A stretch of 64,000 bases of DNA from the IMG/VR virus record IMGVR_UViG_3300025133_006890, positions 20,035-84,034 of that record; one strand, written 5' to 3'. This document shows, one piece after another, positions 28,056-39,094 of the stretch. Each line of letters opens with the position of its first letter. Position 1 is the stretch's first letter. The notes beneath the pieces are model-generated. The model was not told the origin of the DNA. It ran no database searches and was given only the letters and a program-made list of their open reading frames with translations. The position numbers were made by a program, and so were the translations under genes. The stretch comes from a virus.

Positions 28056-31000
28056 ATGAGCACCAAATCATTATTTGAAAAAGCGCGCTTGGTTTCCCAA
28101 AGGGGTCTCGAAAAGAAATCGACTCTCGATTTGCAATCAGAGGTTGAATCCCGCGATCACATTAAATCAATTTCAGACACCAAAGATCAATTCATTCCAG
28201 AGATTGACTTTAGCAATCCTAAGAATTTTGTCAAATATGGCCAAGCCGGTGAGTATTATACCAACGCGCTTAATAGAATTTGTAAACAATATCCATATGA
28301 TGGCACACTGGAGGAGAAAAGAACATTTTATAACAACTTGACCCCGCTGGAGAAATGGTTTTATGATAATGAATATCCTAAAACAAATGGTCATGGAATA
28401 ATTGGAAATACATGGGACCGGGGCGGAAGCGAGAGTGGACAACAGTTTGGCAAAACCAACACTTTAGAATATATTTCAATTGTAGGCGGCCCCGGCATAA
28501 ACAATATTTACGACTTGCCGACAGATCGCGGAAACAATTTGAGATTTGATCTAAAAAAGGGGAATACTGTTGAATTTTGGATGAAGAAAGAGGGTTTTGT
28601 TGGCTTGGCTGGCGGATCCACAAGAGAAGTAATTTTTGATTTATGGAATAGTCAATCGTTGAGCGACAGTCGTTATGGGCGATTAACTTTATATCTTGAC
28701 AGTAACTCCACAGAAGTTCACAAGATGTTTTGTCATATCAGCTCTGGATCTACGACAAGCTCGGCCCAACTAGGCACGGGCTTAACTACAATCGCGGATA
28801 ATAAGTGGCATCATTATGCAGTTGTCTTGCTGTCTGGCAGCCAGTCCACCAAGGAGTCAGCCCAGTCTGGCATACGCACAGAACTCTATGTAGACGGCCA
28901 GCAGACGGACGTAGACATCAGCACGAGTGGTAACATGTCTTACGTGTCGGGAGCGATTCAGGCGAATCTGGGGGCTCTACGGAGCCTATGGACGGGTGAC
29001 AACATTTCGGAGATCGGCTGGGGCAAGCTGTCCGCATCAATTGATGAATTTAGATATTGGAAAATTAATAGAACTCCAAAACAGATTGGCAGCAATTATT
29101 TTGTGCCAGTCGGAGGGGGCGTAAATGCTAGCATAGTCAACAAGGATTTAGGCGTTTATTATAAATTTAATGAAGGTATCACTGGAACGTCCAGTAAAGA
29201 TTCAACTGTTCTTGATTATTCGGGCAGATTGGCAAACGGATCGTGGGTTGGATACTCTTCGACAGAATCGAGAAGCACCGGTTCCGCAATTGTGGCAGCC
29301 GGCTTCACAAAAGAAGAAAAAGACCCAATTATTTATAGCACCCATCTGGATGTTCAGAGGATTACAACAAAATATAACACAATAGGGTCTGAACACGACT
29401 TGTCAAACACAACCAGCCTCTACAATATGATTCCATCATTCGCGAGAGAAGAAGACCAGAACACATCCTCAGAGTTGAAGAGAATTTTACAGATTATGGG
29501 AAGTTATTTTGATACAATCCATAGTCAAATCACAAACATTAAAGACCTTAAAGAGCCTTCTTATGCCTCAAGCAGCATGACGCCGAACGTACACAACAAT
29601 AAGTTGCTGACATCTGTTGGTTTTGATGTTTCTGAAATCTTTGTTCAAGCCGGCGTTATGGAACATTTGCTGGCCAAAGATCATAATGGTGTTTACGAAA
29701 AGGATATTGGTGAAGTAAAGAATCTAATTTATAAGAATATCTATAACAATTTAGTCTATATCAACAAAACTAAGGGAACAGAAAAGTCTTTTCGTAACCT
29801 GTTTAGATGTTTCGGCGTAGACCACGACTTAGTTAAACTAAACATATACAGCGATAATGCAGAGTTTGTGATCGAAGATACTTATGAGAATGTTTCAATA
29901 CCAACAACGACCATTGATTTCACAGGCATCAACGTTCCGAGCAATCAGAAGGCGACGATTTATCAGTACGCCAGCAGCTCTCATGATGCTGCATTTATTT
30001 CATCTTCTGAAGATTTAAGCTATGCAATGACTGCTGAAGCGGAAGTATTCTTCCCGCTGACAACAGATATCCCAGGAATCTCTGGTTCTGGCTTGTTAAC
30101 ATCTTCTTTGTTTGGGTGCCATTCGGCAACCGGAGCGTTGGATGGGACTTATATTCAATATGGTGCCGACCCTGATAGGGGATTCCAAGTCCACGCCATT
30201 CGGCCAGCAGCTTCGGGAGATAATGCATACTTTATGTTGACTTCTTCTGCGGGGTATTTCCCGACCCTGACTTCTTCCGTGTATGAAGACGTTTATGACA
30301 ACTCAAAGTGGAATTTTGCCGTTAGGTTGAAGATGGATGATTTTGCCTATTCGGTTGGAGCTACCGCTTCCAACTCTGCGTCATATGAATTCTATGGAGT
30401 AAACATGAATGCTGGCGAGCAAATAAATATGTTCTCCCTTAAGTCATCTTTAACGTCCTCAATCGCAGAAACATTTTTATCTGGAACGAACAAGAGATTT
30501 TATGTTGGCGCGCAGCGCAGAGATTTTACCGGAAGTTTGATTCACAAGTCCGACGTTAGGTTTTCGTCTTTGAGATATTGGCAAGATTATGTGACAGATA
30601 CTGAAATCGAACAACATGCAAAAAATCCAAACAATTATGGTAGAGAGCGCCCGCTTGAGAACTCAACGTTGTTTAGTTTGAGCGCGAGCAACACAGAACA
30701 TTTGCCAAGGATTGATACACTAGCCCTTAATTGGGATTTCTCAACTCTTTCTGGCAGTGATGCAAATGGAAATCTGGCAGTTATCGATGTATCTTCCGGG
30801 TCATCAGCGCTAAAAGACCGCTATACGAGATTCAACGTCGGTCAGGTTATAAAGAACAACCACACGGGCCTTGGAGAATTCTTTAAAGCCAGTACCGAAG
30901 TGGTTTCTATAGAGCATGTTAGCGCCCAGAGGTTGTTGCAGCCCGAGAATATTCACTCAGCAGAGCTTATTAAAATTCTTAGTAAAGATGACAACACCTT

Positions 31001-31523
31001 CACAAGAGAATCACAACCCGTTCGATACACATTCTCAGTTGAGATGAGCATGTATGAGATTATATCCCGTGAAATGTTGAACTTTTTCTCTTCGATAGTC
31101 GAGTTTAATAACTTGATTGGCGAGCCAAAATATATGTACAGGAGTAATTATAAGGATTTAGAGAAGCTTAGACACCTATTCTTTGAAAAAGTTTCCAAGA
31201 AGCCAGATTTGCAAAAATTTATTAATCTATATAAGTGGTTTGATTCTGCTTTAGATACTGTTATTGGGAATTTGATTCCATTATCTGCCAATGTGTTTGA
31301 TGGAGTTAGAACTATCGTCGAGAGCCATGTCCTTGAGAGAAACAAATACAGACACAAATATCCAGCCATTAAATCTTTTGCCGCCGGAGAAGCAAAGAAG
31401 ATTCTTTTGGACACATCTGGAGTGCAAATTTCTTATAATGGCGACGTAACTTCGACACCCAAAGATCCTGTTGGTAAAAATGTAGATCTGGATGGCATTC
31501 CTTCTACCGGGGAAAACCTATAA
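28056..31523 (+). CDS. Large virion/baseplate protein with LamG-like (concanavalin) domains
   Basis: TVEFW, KWHHYAV, LYVDG, IDEFRYW; KTKGT..S.R.L...FG (gp7-like); C-terminal ESHVLERNKY. Confidence 0.7.
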   Translation: MSTKSLFEKARLVSQRGLEKKSTLDLQSEVESRDHIKSISDTKDQFIPEIDFSNPKNFVKYGQAGEYYTNALNRICKQYPYDGTLEEKRTFYNNLTPLEKWFYDNEYPKTNGHGIIGNTWDRGGSESGQQFGKTNTLEYISIVGGPGINNIYDLPTDRGNNLRFDLKKGNTVEFWMKKEGFVGLAGGSTREVIFDLWNSQSLSDSRYGRLTLYLDSNSTEVHKMFCHISSGSTTSSAQLGTGLTTIADNKWHHYAVVLLSGSQSTKESAQSGIRTELYVDGQQTDVDISTSGNMSYVSGAIQANLGALRSLWTGDNISEIGWGKLSASIDEFRYWKINRTPKQIGSNYFVPVGGGVNASIVNKDLGVYYKFNEGITGTSSKDSTVLDYSGRLANGSWVGYSSTESRSTGSAIVAAGFTKEEKDPIIYSTHLDVQRITTKYNTIGSEHDLSNTTSLYNMIPSFAREEDQNTSSELKRILQIMGSYFDTIHSQITNIKDLKEPSYASSSMTPNVHNNKLLTSVGFDVSEIFVQAGVMEHLLAKDHNGVYEKDIGEVKNLIYKNIYNNLVYINKTKGTEKSFRNLFRCFGVDHDLVKLNIYSDNAEFVIEDTYENVSIPTTTIDFTGINVPSNQKATIYQYASSSHDAAFISSSEDLSYAMTAEAEVFFPLTTDIPGISGSGLLTSSLFGCHSATGALDGTYIQYGADPDRGFQVHAIRPAASGDNAYFMLTSSAGYFPTLTSSVYEDVYDNSKWNFAVRLKMDDFAYSVGATASNSASYEFYGVNMNAGEQINMFSLKSSLTSSIAETFLSGTNKRFYVGAQRRDFTGSLIHKSDVRFSSLRYWQDYVTDTEIEQHAKNPNNYGRERPLENSTLFSLSASNTEHLPRIDTLALNWDFSTLSGSDANGNLAVIDVSSGSSALKDRYTRFNVGQVIKNNHTGLGEFFKASTEVVSIEHVSAQRLLQPENIHSAELIKILSKDDNTFTRESQPVRYTFSVEMSMYEIISREMLNFFSSIVEFNNLIGEPKYMYRSNYKDLEKLRHLFFEKVSKKPDLQKFINLYKWFDSALDTVIGNLIPLSANVFDGVRTIVESHVLERNKYRHKYPAIKSFAAGEAKKILLDTSGVQISYNGDVTSTPKDPVGKNVDLDGIPSTGENL

Positions 31524-34500
31524 ATGTCTAGAAGAAAGCACACATATGTAGCAAACTCACCACCTTTGACAGAAAAAGGAGAGTTCAAAGCTACATCTCA
31601 AGATCAATCGGTCAATCCAGATTGGTGGGACAATAAGGTCGAAAGAGATAGCTCTGTTTTGACTTCCAGCGATACTGGAGTTAATACCACGAGGGTGCAG
31701 CTACTACACAACAAAAAGAAAGCATACGCAACAACACAAACTTTAGAATACGATATAGTTCAGACTATCGGCGCCAAAGAAAATGTGACTGACGGATCAA
31801 ATCCTCAATATTACAAAGAGACTTTTAGAGATTCTGAGCTTACAGTAGATGATGATCCAAAGGATGGTATTTATGCTAATTTTGACACAGGGACTCTGAA
31901 CAGGGCTGGAGAGCCACTAAAGGATGTTGAGAAATCAGCTGCCCTTGCTAAGTTTAAAATACCGGCAAAAGTTAAAGTTCCGATCAAAGCTTACGACGGT
32001 AGAACAAAAGCTGACAGTGCTGGCACAAAATATTATGGACAAGAAAGGTTGCCTTTTTCAATCTATAGTTCCTCAATAGATGCTGGCTATCAAAGTAAGT
32101 TGTCAGCTATGCCACTGGGAGTGTCGGTTGAATCTCTGCATATAGATGTCAACCCCGCGACCAATGAGTCATCAATGCAGGGTCCGTTCGCAGAAAGAAA
32201 CGTCGGCGGCAATATGTATCGCCATAACGATGTCCTTGAATCAGATCCTACAGCCCGCGCCGAAGGTTTCAGAATCAATATCGACACAGGCAATGCTCAA
32301 ATTAGCGTACACAATCCTAAATTCGTTGATGGTGTTTATGATTCCGCTATGCCAAACGGCGCGCTGACGAGAGAAGAAACTGCGAAACGACCCATCAACG
32401 TAAAGAACGTTCGCACATCGGCTTCGATTGCAGGCAATTATCAAAAAGATTATCAGATTGTTTTGACGAATGATCGCTCCATTAACAATAGAAACTTTGT
32501 TAGCGGAGGTCTTCCCACAACGACGAGCGTTGAAGCGCTTACCATCGGTTGGGATTCTAATAATCAAATCAACGAGTTAGCGTTGTTAGATAGGGATAAG
32601 ACGGGCAGCAGCAATCACATTATCGTTTCAAGATTTGTTGGCGGTGGCGGCCCGGAAGAAGAGTCGGAAGGATTTTTAGATTTCAATTCCGCACAGTATT
32701 CTCCATATAGCGTCTTAACATATAGAAATCTAGTACAGAGAAACGCACTAAACGAATTATACTCAAGGCACAGCGCTCAGTTTGGATATGATGGTATCTA
32801 TGGCTCGCCATGGCCCGCATTCCACAAGACGCAAAGAAATACAGTGGTTAGGCCACATCGCCATTTCCATAGCAGCTCCAACAAAGCAGAGTACGTTTAT
32901 GATAATGCATGGGTAACTCACGGGATTCCGAGATCGGACGTTCAATATAAGTGGATTAACGACTCTTGGATTGCTAAACACGATCCATCATCTTTACAAT
33001 ATTTGATAAGCAATTTTGGAGATGTATCAACGATAACATCTAGCGAGTTCTTGCCACTATTCGGACACCAATACAGTGCCTCCATAGATTCAATTGCCTT
33101 TGTCTCAGCCTCTGAGTTTGTTAGTTATAACGGGACTCTCGGAAGTGATAGATTCGATGACAATGCTGACATTGTGAATCTCATACCAACAGATTTTGTT
33201 AATTTAAATTATCATGTTTATGAACCAGTTACCGGCTCGACCCTTGGACATGAACCGGGCACCAGCATTGTTACATACATCAATGAAGATTTGATCACCG
33301 AATTAACTTCTCAAGCAACTGCGTCTCTTTTGAACACTTTGCTAAATAATAGAAATGGCCCATACGGCTGGCCAACTTGGAAACAAATTAGAGTTGCCGA
33401 CCACGCCGCAGCAAGATTTAGCAGAAAAAACAACTTCTTCCAAACACAGAATGAAGCTCTTGATCCGGCGACAGACAAAGTAAGCCGCAAGATAGTATCA
33501 TTCCAACAAGCTCCGGTATCATCTAAGCATCACGCCGTTCAACACGAGCTTGCGGATTCAATTTTAAAATATGAATTTGGTAACAATTACAACTTCTTTG
33601 GAGAGGTTTATGACCTTGAGACTAAAAAATTAATTAACTATAACCAAAAGTTTGGAGTAGCTCAGACTATTCCAATCCAATTGATAGATTATCTAACGGA
33701 AGAGGTTGGCAGAGTCGCTTATGCAGAAACAGTATATCCGAGAGATGAGAACGCATATAGGGATAAAACGAGATTACGCTCTAGTTTGACTTCATTCTGG
33801 AGAGACAAAATTGAAAATCGTTTTGCAGTCACAGTTGTCGGTTCACAAAATCAAGAGTTTTCTGGCAGTATTTGGCCCCTTGATGTCCTATCCTCTTCTA
33901 CTGGAGAAGAAAGAAGCGGCGAATTAATGAGGCCCGACAATTGTGATTTGTATGACGATGAAGGATATGGCCCTTGCGAAGTGCCTCCAACTGGTGAGGA
34001 AGTTAATGCTAGATTTGGACGCTTTTACGGAACTTGCAGACCACAAAATCAAGTTCATGAATCCGCCAACAGAGGCCCATTCCACGACAAGTATGATGAT
34101 TTTGCCGAAGATGTTCGATTAATTGCACAGGGTTATGGACTGGTGCCGGAATTTACAATTTCTGATTATGTTTACATAATTGGCGACGAATATGGATTTG
34201 ATTTTTATCAAGGAATCTATGATATACAACTGCCGGGTGCCCAATTAACACCGCCTGCCCTCACATCAAGCGCTACTTTGGCAGAAAGAGATGCCCGAGC
34301 TTCTGGCAAAAATAGGGCGCCGAATCAAAACGAGTTTTATGAAACATTTGTTCACAGCGACATTATGCAGAACATTGACAGAGTGCGAGGGAACTATGGC
34401 GAACCCATAAGTCTTTCAGTTACGTTCAATGGAGCTTTGAAACTTCTTCCCCGCGACGGATTCTATCCAGTTCAGAGAACACTAGATCTGGCAACCCAAT

Positions 34501-36311
34501 TCTCTCAGTCTTATCAAGAAGCTGAAGCAGATGGAACTGAGGCATCTTGGAGAACGTTGTTAACTCCCTTTTATGCTCCCGGTATTATGTACAATTCTAT
34601 CAGAGCGGGCATTGCCGTTGATTATCCTATTGTAGATCAGGAGAGCGTTGAATTGGATATTACTTCCGCCCTTGAAGATTGCACTGGCGGATATCTTAAG
34701 AGGCTGCCGTTCGAATCAATTGTTGAGCCAGACTTTTATGCAAAACAACTTAAGGGTTCTGGCAGTGGCGACTTTTTGAAGATTTATGATTTCGACCTGG
34801 AGATGCCGTTAGATAGCACGGGCACCTTTGCAGCAACAAATGGAATTTATGAAAGAATGGCTCACAACTTCTTTGCGGAAGTACCTGAATTCTTTTTGAA
34901 AAAGCTAACGCACTTTAAATCTAAACCAACTGCCGAGTGGTCGTTCAAAGGTCCGTTAAGAAAAACAACTGAAGTTAAGAAGTTTGTTATGGATGTGGTC
35001 ATCGAAAAGACTGCCAACTTTGCCCACCATGAGGCGCCAAAATGGTTTGGCCCATTCCCGCATATTGCCCATGTCCCGCCATATTACACAATTGGAGCCT
35101 CCAACACTTGGTGCGGCACAGTATCTGATTTTGATTGTGACACGTTTACTCACATAGGAACAAACGAGGCCAACAAAGCAACTGCAAGAATTATCTTTGA
35201 TCCCACGCCGATCTATGACAACTCGCCAGAGAGATTCATTAATGGTAAATTCACTCTTGAGGATATTGTGAACAATAGTACGGTAGAATTTACCAACCAA
35301 AACATGGGTGCTTCTGTATCTCCATTCGCTATGAGCACCAGCGCTAGTTTTGATTTGTTTGGTTTCACAAATAATTCCGAGTGGATAATCAATTCAAAGT
35401 GGGAAGCTCCCGTTCTTAATTTCGTCTCAGTCACCACAACTGGTTCAAATTTAAACTCTCCTCGTGGTATTTGGAACCAACACAGTAGCGATGCTCCGTT
35501 CGCTGACGAAGGGTTATTCTTCAATCTAGTTGAGCCTGACATCTCTATTGATGATAAAGAGTCCTCACTTACAGGATCTCTAATTGAGGCTTGCGGGTTC
35601 AGTATTGAAAAGCAACGCCTTGGCGAGATTGCGACAAAGAAGAAAATCCACGAGGCAATAGTTGCAGTACCATTCTTCTCAGATAATAGCACTGGAGAGG
35701 AAAAGCTGTTACACATTCCGCTTGAATTGTTTGAAGAAGCATATCAATCTAATGCAGATGGCAAACCTATTACAAATTCTATAAGCGATATGATCTTAAA
35801 GATGGGTAAATACAACCTATTGCCTGCTCATGATTTTGTGAGAGTTAGAGACAAATCTAGCGAACCTATCTTACAAGAAGACGAGTATAAGCCAGCCATT
35901 AATCCATTTGCTATGTTGATTTTTGAATTTTCACACACGCTGACACAGAGGGACTTGGTTAATATTTGGCAAGGAGTCATGCCTAAAATCTCTACAGATG
36001 TCGAGATGCAGGATATAACGATGAATATCCCAATTGGAGATAAGGAGTTGTTTGGAGCGCCAGTCTTTGAGCGTGCTGGATTAAAATCTATGCCGTCTAA
36101 TCTGAGATGGAAGATTTATAAAGCCAAATTCAGGGCAGCTAATAATTATTATGAGATGAAAGAGAAGAAATTTGATATAGTTTCCGAGAAGAGAGATATT
36201 GATTTCTCATACAATTGGCCATATGACTTCTTCTCGTTGGTCGAAATGGGCAAGATGAAGACACAATTGAACTTTGAACACAGCCCATCTGGTTCTAGGA
36301 ATAGAAGATAA
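31524..36311 (+). CDS. Very large putative virion protein (1595 aa)
   Basis: Tail/baseplate context; C-terminal SYNWPYDFFSLVE. Confidence 0.65.
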   Translation: MSRRKHTYVANSPPLTEKGEFKATSQDQSVNPDWWDNKVERDSSVLTSSDTGVNTTRVQLLHNKKKAYATTQTLEYDIVQTIGAKENVTDGSNPQYYKETFRDSELTVDDDPKDGIYANFDTGTLNRAGEPLKDVEKSAALAKFKIPAKVKVPIKAYDGRTKADSAGTKYYGQERLPFSIYSSSIDAGYQSKLSAMPLGVSVESLHIDVNPATNESSMQGPFAERNVGGNMYRHNDVLESDPTARAEGFRINIDTGNAQISVHNPKFVDGVYDSAMPNGALTREETAKRPINVKNVRTSASIAGNYQKDYQIVLTNDRSINNRNFVSGGLPTTTSVEALTIGWDSNNQINELALLDRDKTGSSNHIIVSRFVGGGGPEEESEGFLDFNSAQYSPYSVLTYRNLVQRNALNELYSRHSAQFGYDGIYGSPWPAFHKTQRNTVVRPHRHFHSSSNKAEYVYDNAWVTHGIPRSDVQYKWINDSWIAKHDPSSLQYLISNFGDVSTITSSEFLPLFGHQYSASIDSIAFVSASEFVSYNGTLGSDRFDDNADIVNLIPTDFVNLNYHVYEPVTGSTLGHEPGTSIVTYINEDLITELTSQATASLLNTLLNNRNGPYGWPTWKQIRVADHAAARFSRKNNFFQTQNEALDPATDKVSRKIVSFQQAPVSSKHHAVQHELADSILKYEFGNNYNFFGEVYDLETKKLINYNQKFGVAQTIPIQLIDYLTEEVGRVAYAETVYPRDENAYRDKTRLRSSLTSFWRDKIENRFAVTVVGSQNQEFSGSIWPLDVLSSSTGEERSGELMRPDNCDLYDDEGYGPCEVPPTGEEVNARFGRFYGTCRPQNQVHESANRGPFHDKYDDFAEDVRLIAQGYGLVPEFTISDYVYIIGDEYGFDFYQGIYDIQLPGAQLTPPALTSSATLAERDARASGKNRAPNQNEFYETFVHSDIMQNIDRVRGNYGEPISLSVTFNGALKLLPRDGFYPVQRTLDLATQFSQSYQEAEADGTEASWRTLLTPFYAPGIMYNSIRAGIAVDYPIVDQESVELDITSALEDCTGGYLKRLPFESIVEPDFYAKQLKGSGSGDFLKIYDFDLEMPLDSTGTFAATNGIYERMAHNFFAEVPEFFLKKLTHFKSKPTAEWSFKGPLRKTTEVKKFVMDVVIEKTANFAHHEAPKWFGPFPHIAHVPPYYTIGASNTWCGTVSDFDCDTFTHIGTNEANKATARIIFDPTPIYDNSPERFINGKFTLEDIVNNSTVEFTNQNMGASVSPFAMSTSASFDLFGFTNNSEWIINSKWEAPVLNFVSVTTTGSNLNSPRGIWNQHSSDAPFADEGLFFNLVEPDISIDDKESSLTGSLIEACGFSIEKQRLGEIATKKKIHEAIVAVPFFSDNSTGEEKLLHIPLELFEEAYQSNADGKPITNSISDMILKMGKYNLLPAHDFVRVRDKSSEPILQEDEYKPAINPFAMLIFEFSHTLTQRDLVNIWQGVMPKISTDVEMQDITMNIPIGDKELFGAPVFERAGLKSMPSNLRWKIYKAKFRAANNYYEMKEKKFDIVSEKRDIDFSYNWPYDFFSLVEMGKMKTQLNFEHSPSGSRNRR

Positions 36312-37138
36312 TGGCTTTCTTAAAAAAGAAAGAAGAAGTAATTGATTTGGTTTTGACCCGCAAAGGTCGAGAGATGTTTGCGAAGGGAGAGCTGAACCCA
36401 ACATACTATTCTTTTTATGATGATGAAATTATCTATGATTTGGCTCATGCAGACTCTTCTAGTTCTGAACCGCAGAGCGATTCCAAGACGAGAATCGACA
36501 CTGGCTTGTTCTTGAAAAATCAAACAGACTGGCAAACAGTCAAGACAACAGGGCAGCCACAAAGAGATATCAACCCATTCTTCAAAGAGTTGGGAACAAG
36601 CTCCCCGATAAGACAGTTTAGGCCGTCGTGGGACGTAAGAGTCCAAGAGGGTTATATTTCGGGCAGCTTCTCAGGATCCGCTCCAGAACGAGCTGTTGAC
36701 TTTACACCCCCGGAATATAAGGGTTTAGTGAAGATTTATGATGGAATCGCCATTCCACAGATTGACTTGTTCTGTGATTATGATGTTACGATTTCTAAAG
36801 AGAAAAACTCATATGAATATAAGGGTGAAAACTTTGACCAGAAGAGAGTCATGTTGCTAGCAACATCTTCGAAAGACATTGCCTTGACCATTGAGGAACA
36901 CAATGTAGAAGAAGAGGATTTTGAATTGGAAGTATTCCAATATGATTACGATACCAACGAAACTCCGACCTTGAAGAGGTTGTACTTCACAGAAGATCGT
37001 CTCGCCCCCGATGTGGTCAGTTATTTTTTCAATATTAAAACCGATACAGACTCTAAGGACTTGCCATCTATTAAGTTTATCACCGATGGTTCTGATCCGT
37101 CCAAAACTGGATTTAAAGAAGAAGAGGATGATTGCTAA
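36311..37138 (+). CDS. Putative virion protein with tail-collar-like N-terminus
   Basis: IDLVLTRKGR...YSFYDDEIIYD; paralogous to 44402 at the N-terminus. Confidence 0.6.
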   Translation: MAFLKKKEEVIDLVLTRKGREMFAKGELNPTYYSFYDDEIIYDLAHADSSSSEPQSDSKTRIDTGLFLKNQTDWQTVKTTGQPQRDINPFFKELGTSSPIRQFRPSWDVRVQEGYISGSFSGSAPERAVDFTPPEYKGLVKIYDGIAIPQIDLFCDYDVTISKEKNSYEYKGENFDQKRVMLLATSSKDIALTIEEHNVEEEDFELEVFQYDYDTNETPTLKRLYFTEDRLAPDVVSYFFNIKTDTDSKDLPSIKFITDGSDPSKTGFKEEEDDC

Positions 37139-37141
37139 GAT

Positions 37142-39091
37142 ATGACAATGGATTTTCAATTTCTAGATAAAGAAGACAACAACGATAATATACAAGACGT
37201 TGTAGACTTCGTGGAAGATCACGAAGAGCTATCCTCTCCTGTTCCATCTTCAGCGCTTCCCGAGCAAGAATTTTCTGATGATATCCGAAGCCCAAGCACC
37301 ACAAAGTTGGTCTTCTCAAATAAGAGCGCAATTGTGTCAGACTTTATTGACTTGTCTGTCGAAAGAATCAAAATTGAGAATAATCTAGTTGATGTTATCT
37401 ATTCTTTGAGAGGCAATGTTTTTTCTGGTGATGGTGAAATAAACTTTAGAGTGATTGCATTTGATGACTCCAACATTGATTTAATAAAAGATATTGATTT
37501 CGACGATCTAGAAAGAGATTACGAACAGCTGTTTCTTCCAAAAACAAATATACTCAGAGAGAAGTTTTTCCTAAAAGGTAAGGAGATTATAGTTGAGGAC
37601 TTTTCCGTTTCCCGACCAGACGACAAAACTCAAACAAAAATAAGAATCAAAGAGGGCATAAAAAATGTGACTTTGTATTTGGTGACTTATGATACGTCTG
37701 AAGATAATTCAATTTTGATATTCAAGCTTGGGATCATAAAAAACAAATCTATTTCTAAAACTGAGTCTGTCTATGACTTAAGACATCAAAACGACAAAAC
37801 AAAGGATCTAGAGCCAGTTAACGAGCTGGACGCCAAAGAATTAATAAAAGAAAAAGATTTATATATGTTTTCACCACTTCACGGCTCGGTGGACCCGGAC
37901 AACAACTTTAGGTTTCTTTTTGGCGTTAACGTTATGAAATATATGAAGTCTAGAGTTGCTTTTCCTGAACTATTAGAAGAGGATATTTTCAAAGATAGCG
38001 TGATAAACGCTCATATTATCAGATCAAGAGTCGAGAGATATAGTTTTGAAGATCGCTCTGAGCACAAAAGAGTTGAAGTTCATTCTGCTCCTGATAACAT
38101 TTCCCTAACGAACTCGACTGGATTTATGTATTTCACCGGAGTGGACCCTGGAATCAATATTCAGTCCACATACAAATACACAGCAAACATTACAACGTTT
38201 GACCCAACAATCAAAAAAGCTAAAAAGATTCTTCAAGACATGAGGGATGTACACAATAATCTTTCGACATTTACTGGTGTTGAATTAAACAACGAAATGT
38301 CGAAATTGTTCATTATAGTAATGGACATATTTGATTCCAAGCTACCAAGCGAGTTTGAGTTTTTGAGAGCAGTTGTTGACGAGTCATCCGAAGTTGGGGT
38401 TCTGAAAGAAAACGTCGTAATGTTACAACACGACCTACAAGCCCTAGCAGATCAATACGACAGAAGACTAGACTCTTATCTATCTTCAGCAAGGAAATAC
38501 AGAGAAGAGACAGCGACAGCTAGCATGACCAAACTAAAATTAAACTCGAAAGAGGTCGCCGACCATGTTGGGATTTTAAAGAAAGAATATTTAGTTTCTC
38601 GAAGGATCTATGATACTGAATTTGACATGAGCGAGCTAAAGGAGATGGGTTCTGGTTTGAAGAGGATCAATTCAAACGATATTAAATTGATGTACCAGCA
38701 GTCTCCGAAAATTGAAAGTATTCTAAAGTTTCGAAAGGGCCAGCTTTCCATGTTCAGAACCTTTTCTCAAAGCGTTGTTAACAGTAAATTGTTACCTCAA
38801 GGTGGCGCCGATGTTAAAACAAAAACTGAAGGCTCAGCCGTTTCAGATAATCCGTCCAAGGATGAGTCTGATTTCGTTTTAGAGGGAGCCTTTTTCGTAG
38901 AGGATGTATTTATTGAGTACCTGAAGGGTTATAATTCCGATCTATTAGAAGAGTTTGAATCAATAACGTCGGAGAACTGGAGAAGACTAAATCTTTCTTC
39001 TATAGAATCTCTGCCTGCGGGTAGCATGTATTTGGCTAGAGTATCCTTGGCAGAAGATTACAGAGACAAGTATTTTTATATAGAGAAGTAA
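37142..39091 (+). CDS. Hypothetical protein (tail region)
   Basis: 649-aa acidic ORF. Confidence 0.7.
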   Translation: MTMDFQFLDKEDNNDNIQDVVDFVEDHEELSSPVPSSALPEQEFSDDIRSPSTTKLVFSNKSAIVSDFIDLSVERIKIENNLVDVIYSLRGNVFSGDGEINFRVIAFDDSNIDLIKDIDFDDLERDYEQLFLPKTNILREKFFLKGKEIIVEDFSVSRPDDKTQTKIRIKEGIKNVTLYLVTYDTSEDNSILIFKLGIIKNKSISKTESVYDLRHQNDKTKDLEPVNELDAKELIKEKDLYMFSPLHGSVDPDNNFRFLFGVNVMKYMKSRVAFPELLEEDIFKDSVINAHIIRSRVERYSFEDRSEHKRVEVHSAPDNISLTNSTGFMYFTGVDPGINIQSTYKYTANITTFDPTIKKAKKILQDMRDVHNNLSTFTGVELNNEMSKLFIIVMDIFDSKLPSEFEFLRAVVDESSEVGVLKENVVMLQHDLQALADQYDRRLDSYLSSARKYREETATASMTKLKLNSKEVADHVGILKKEYLVSRRIYDTEFDMSELKEMGSGLKRINSNDIKLMYQQSPKIESILKFRKGQLSMFRTFSQSVVNSKLLPQGGADVKTKTEGSAVSDNPSKDESDFVLEGAFFVEDVFIEYLKGYNSDLLEEFESITSENWRRLNLSSIESLPAGSMYLARVSLAEDYRDKYFYIEK

Positions 39092-39094
39092 ATT

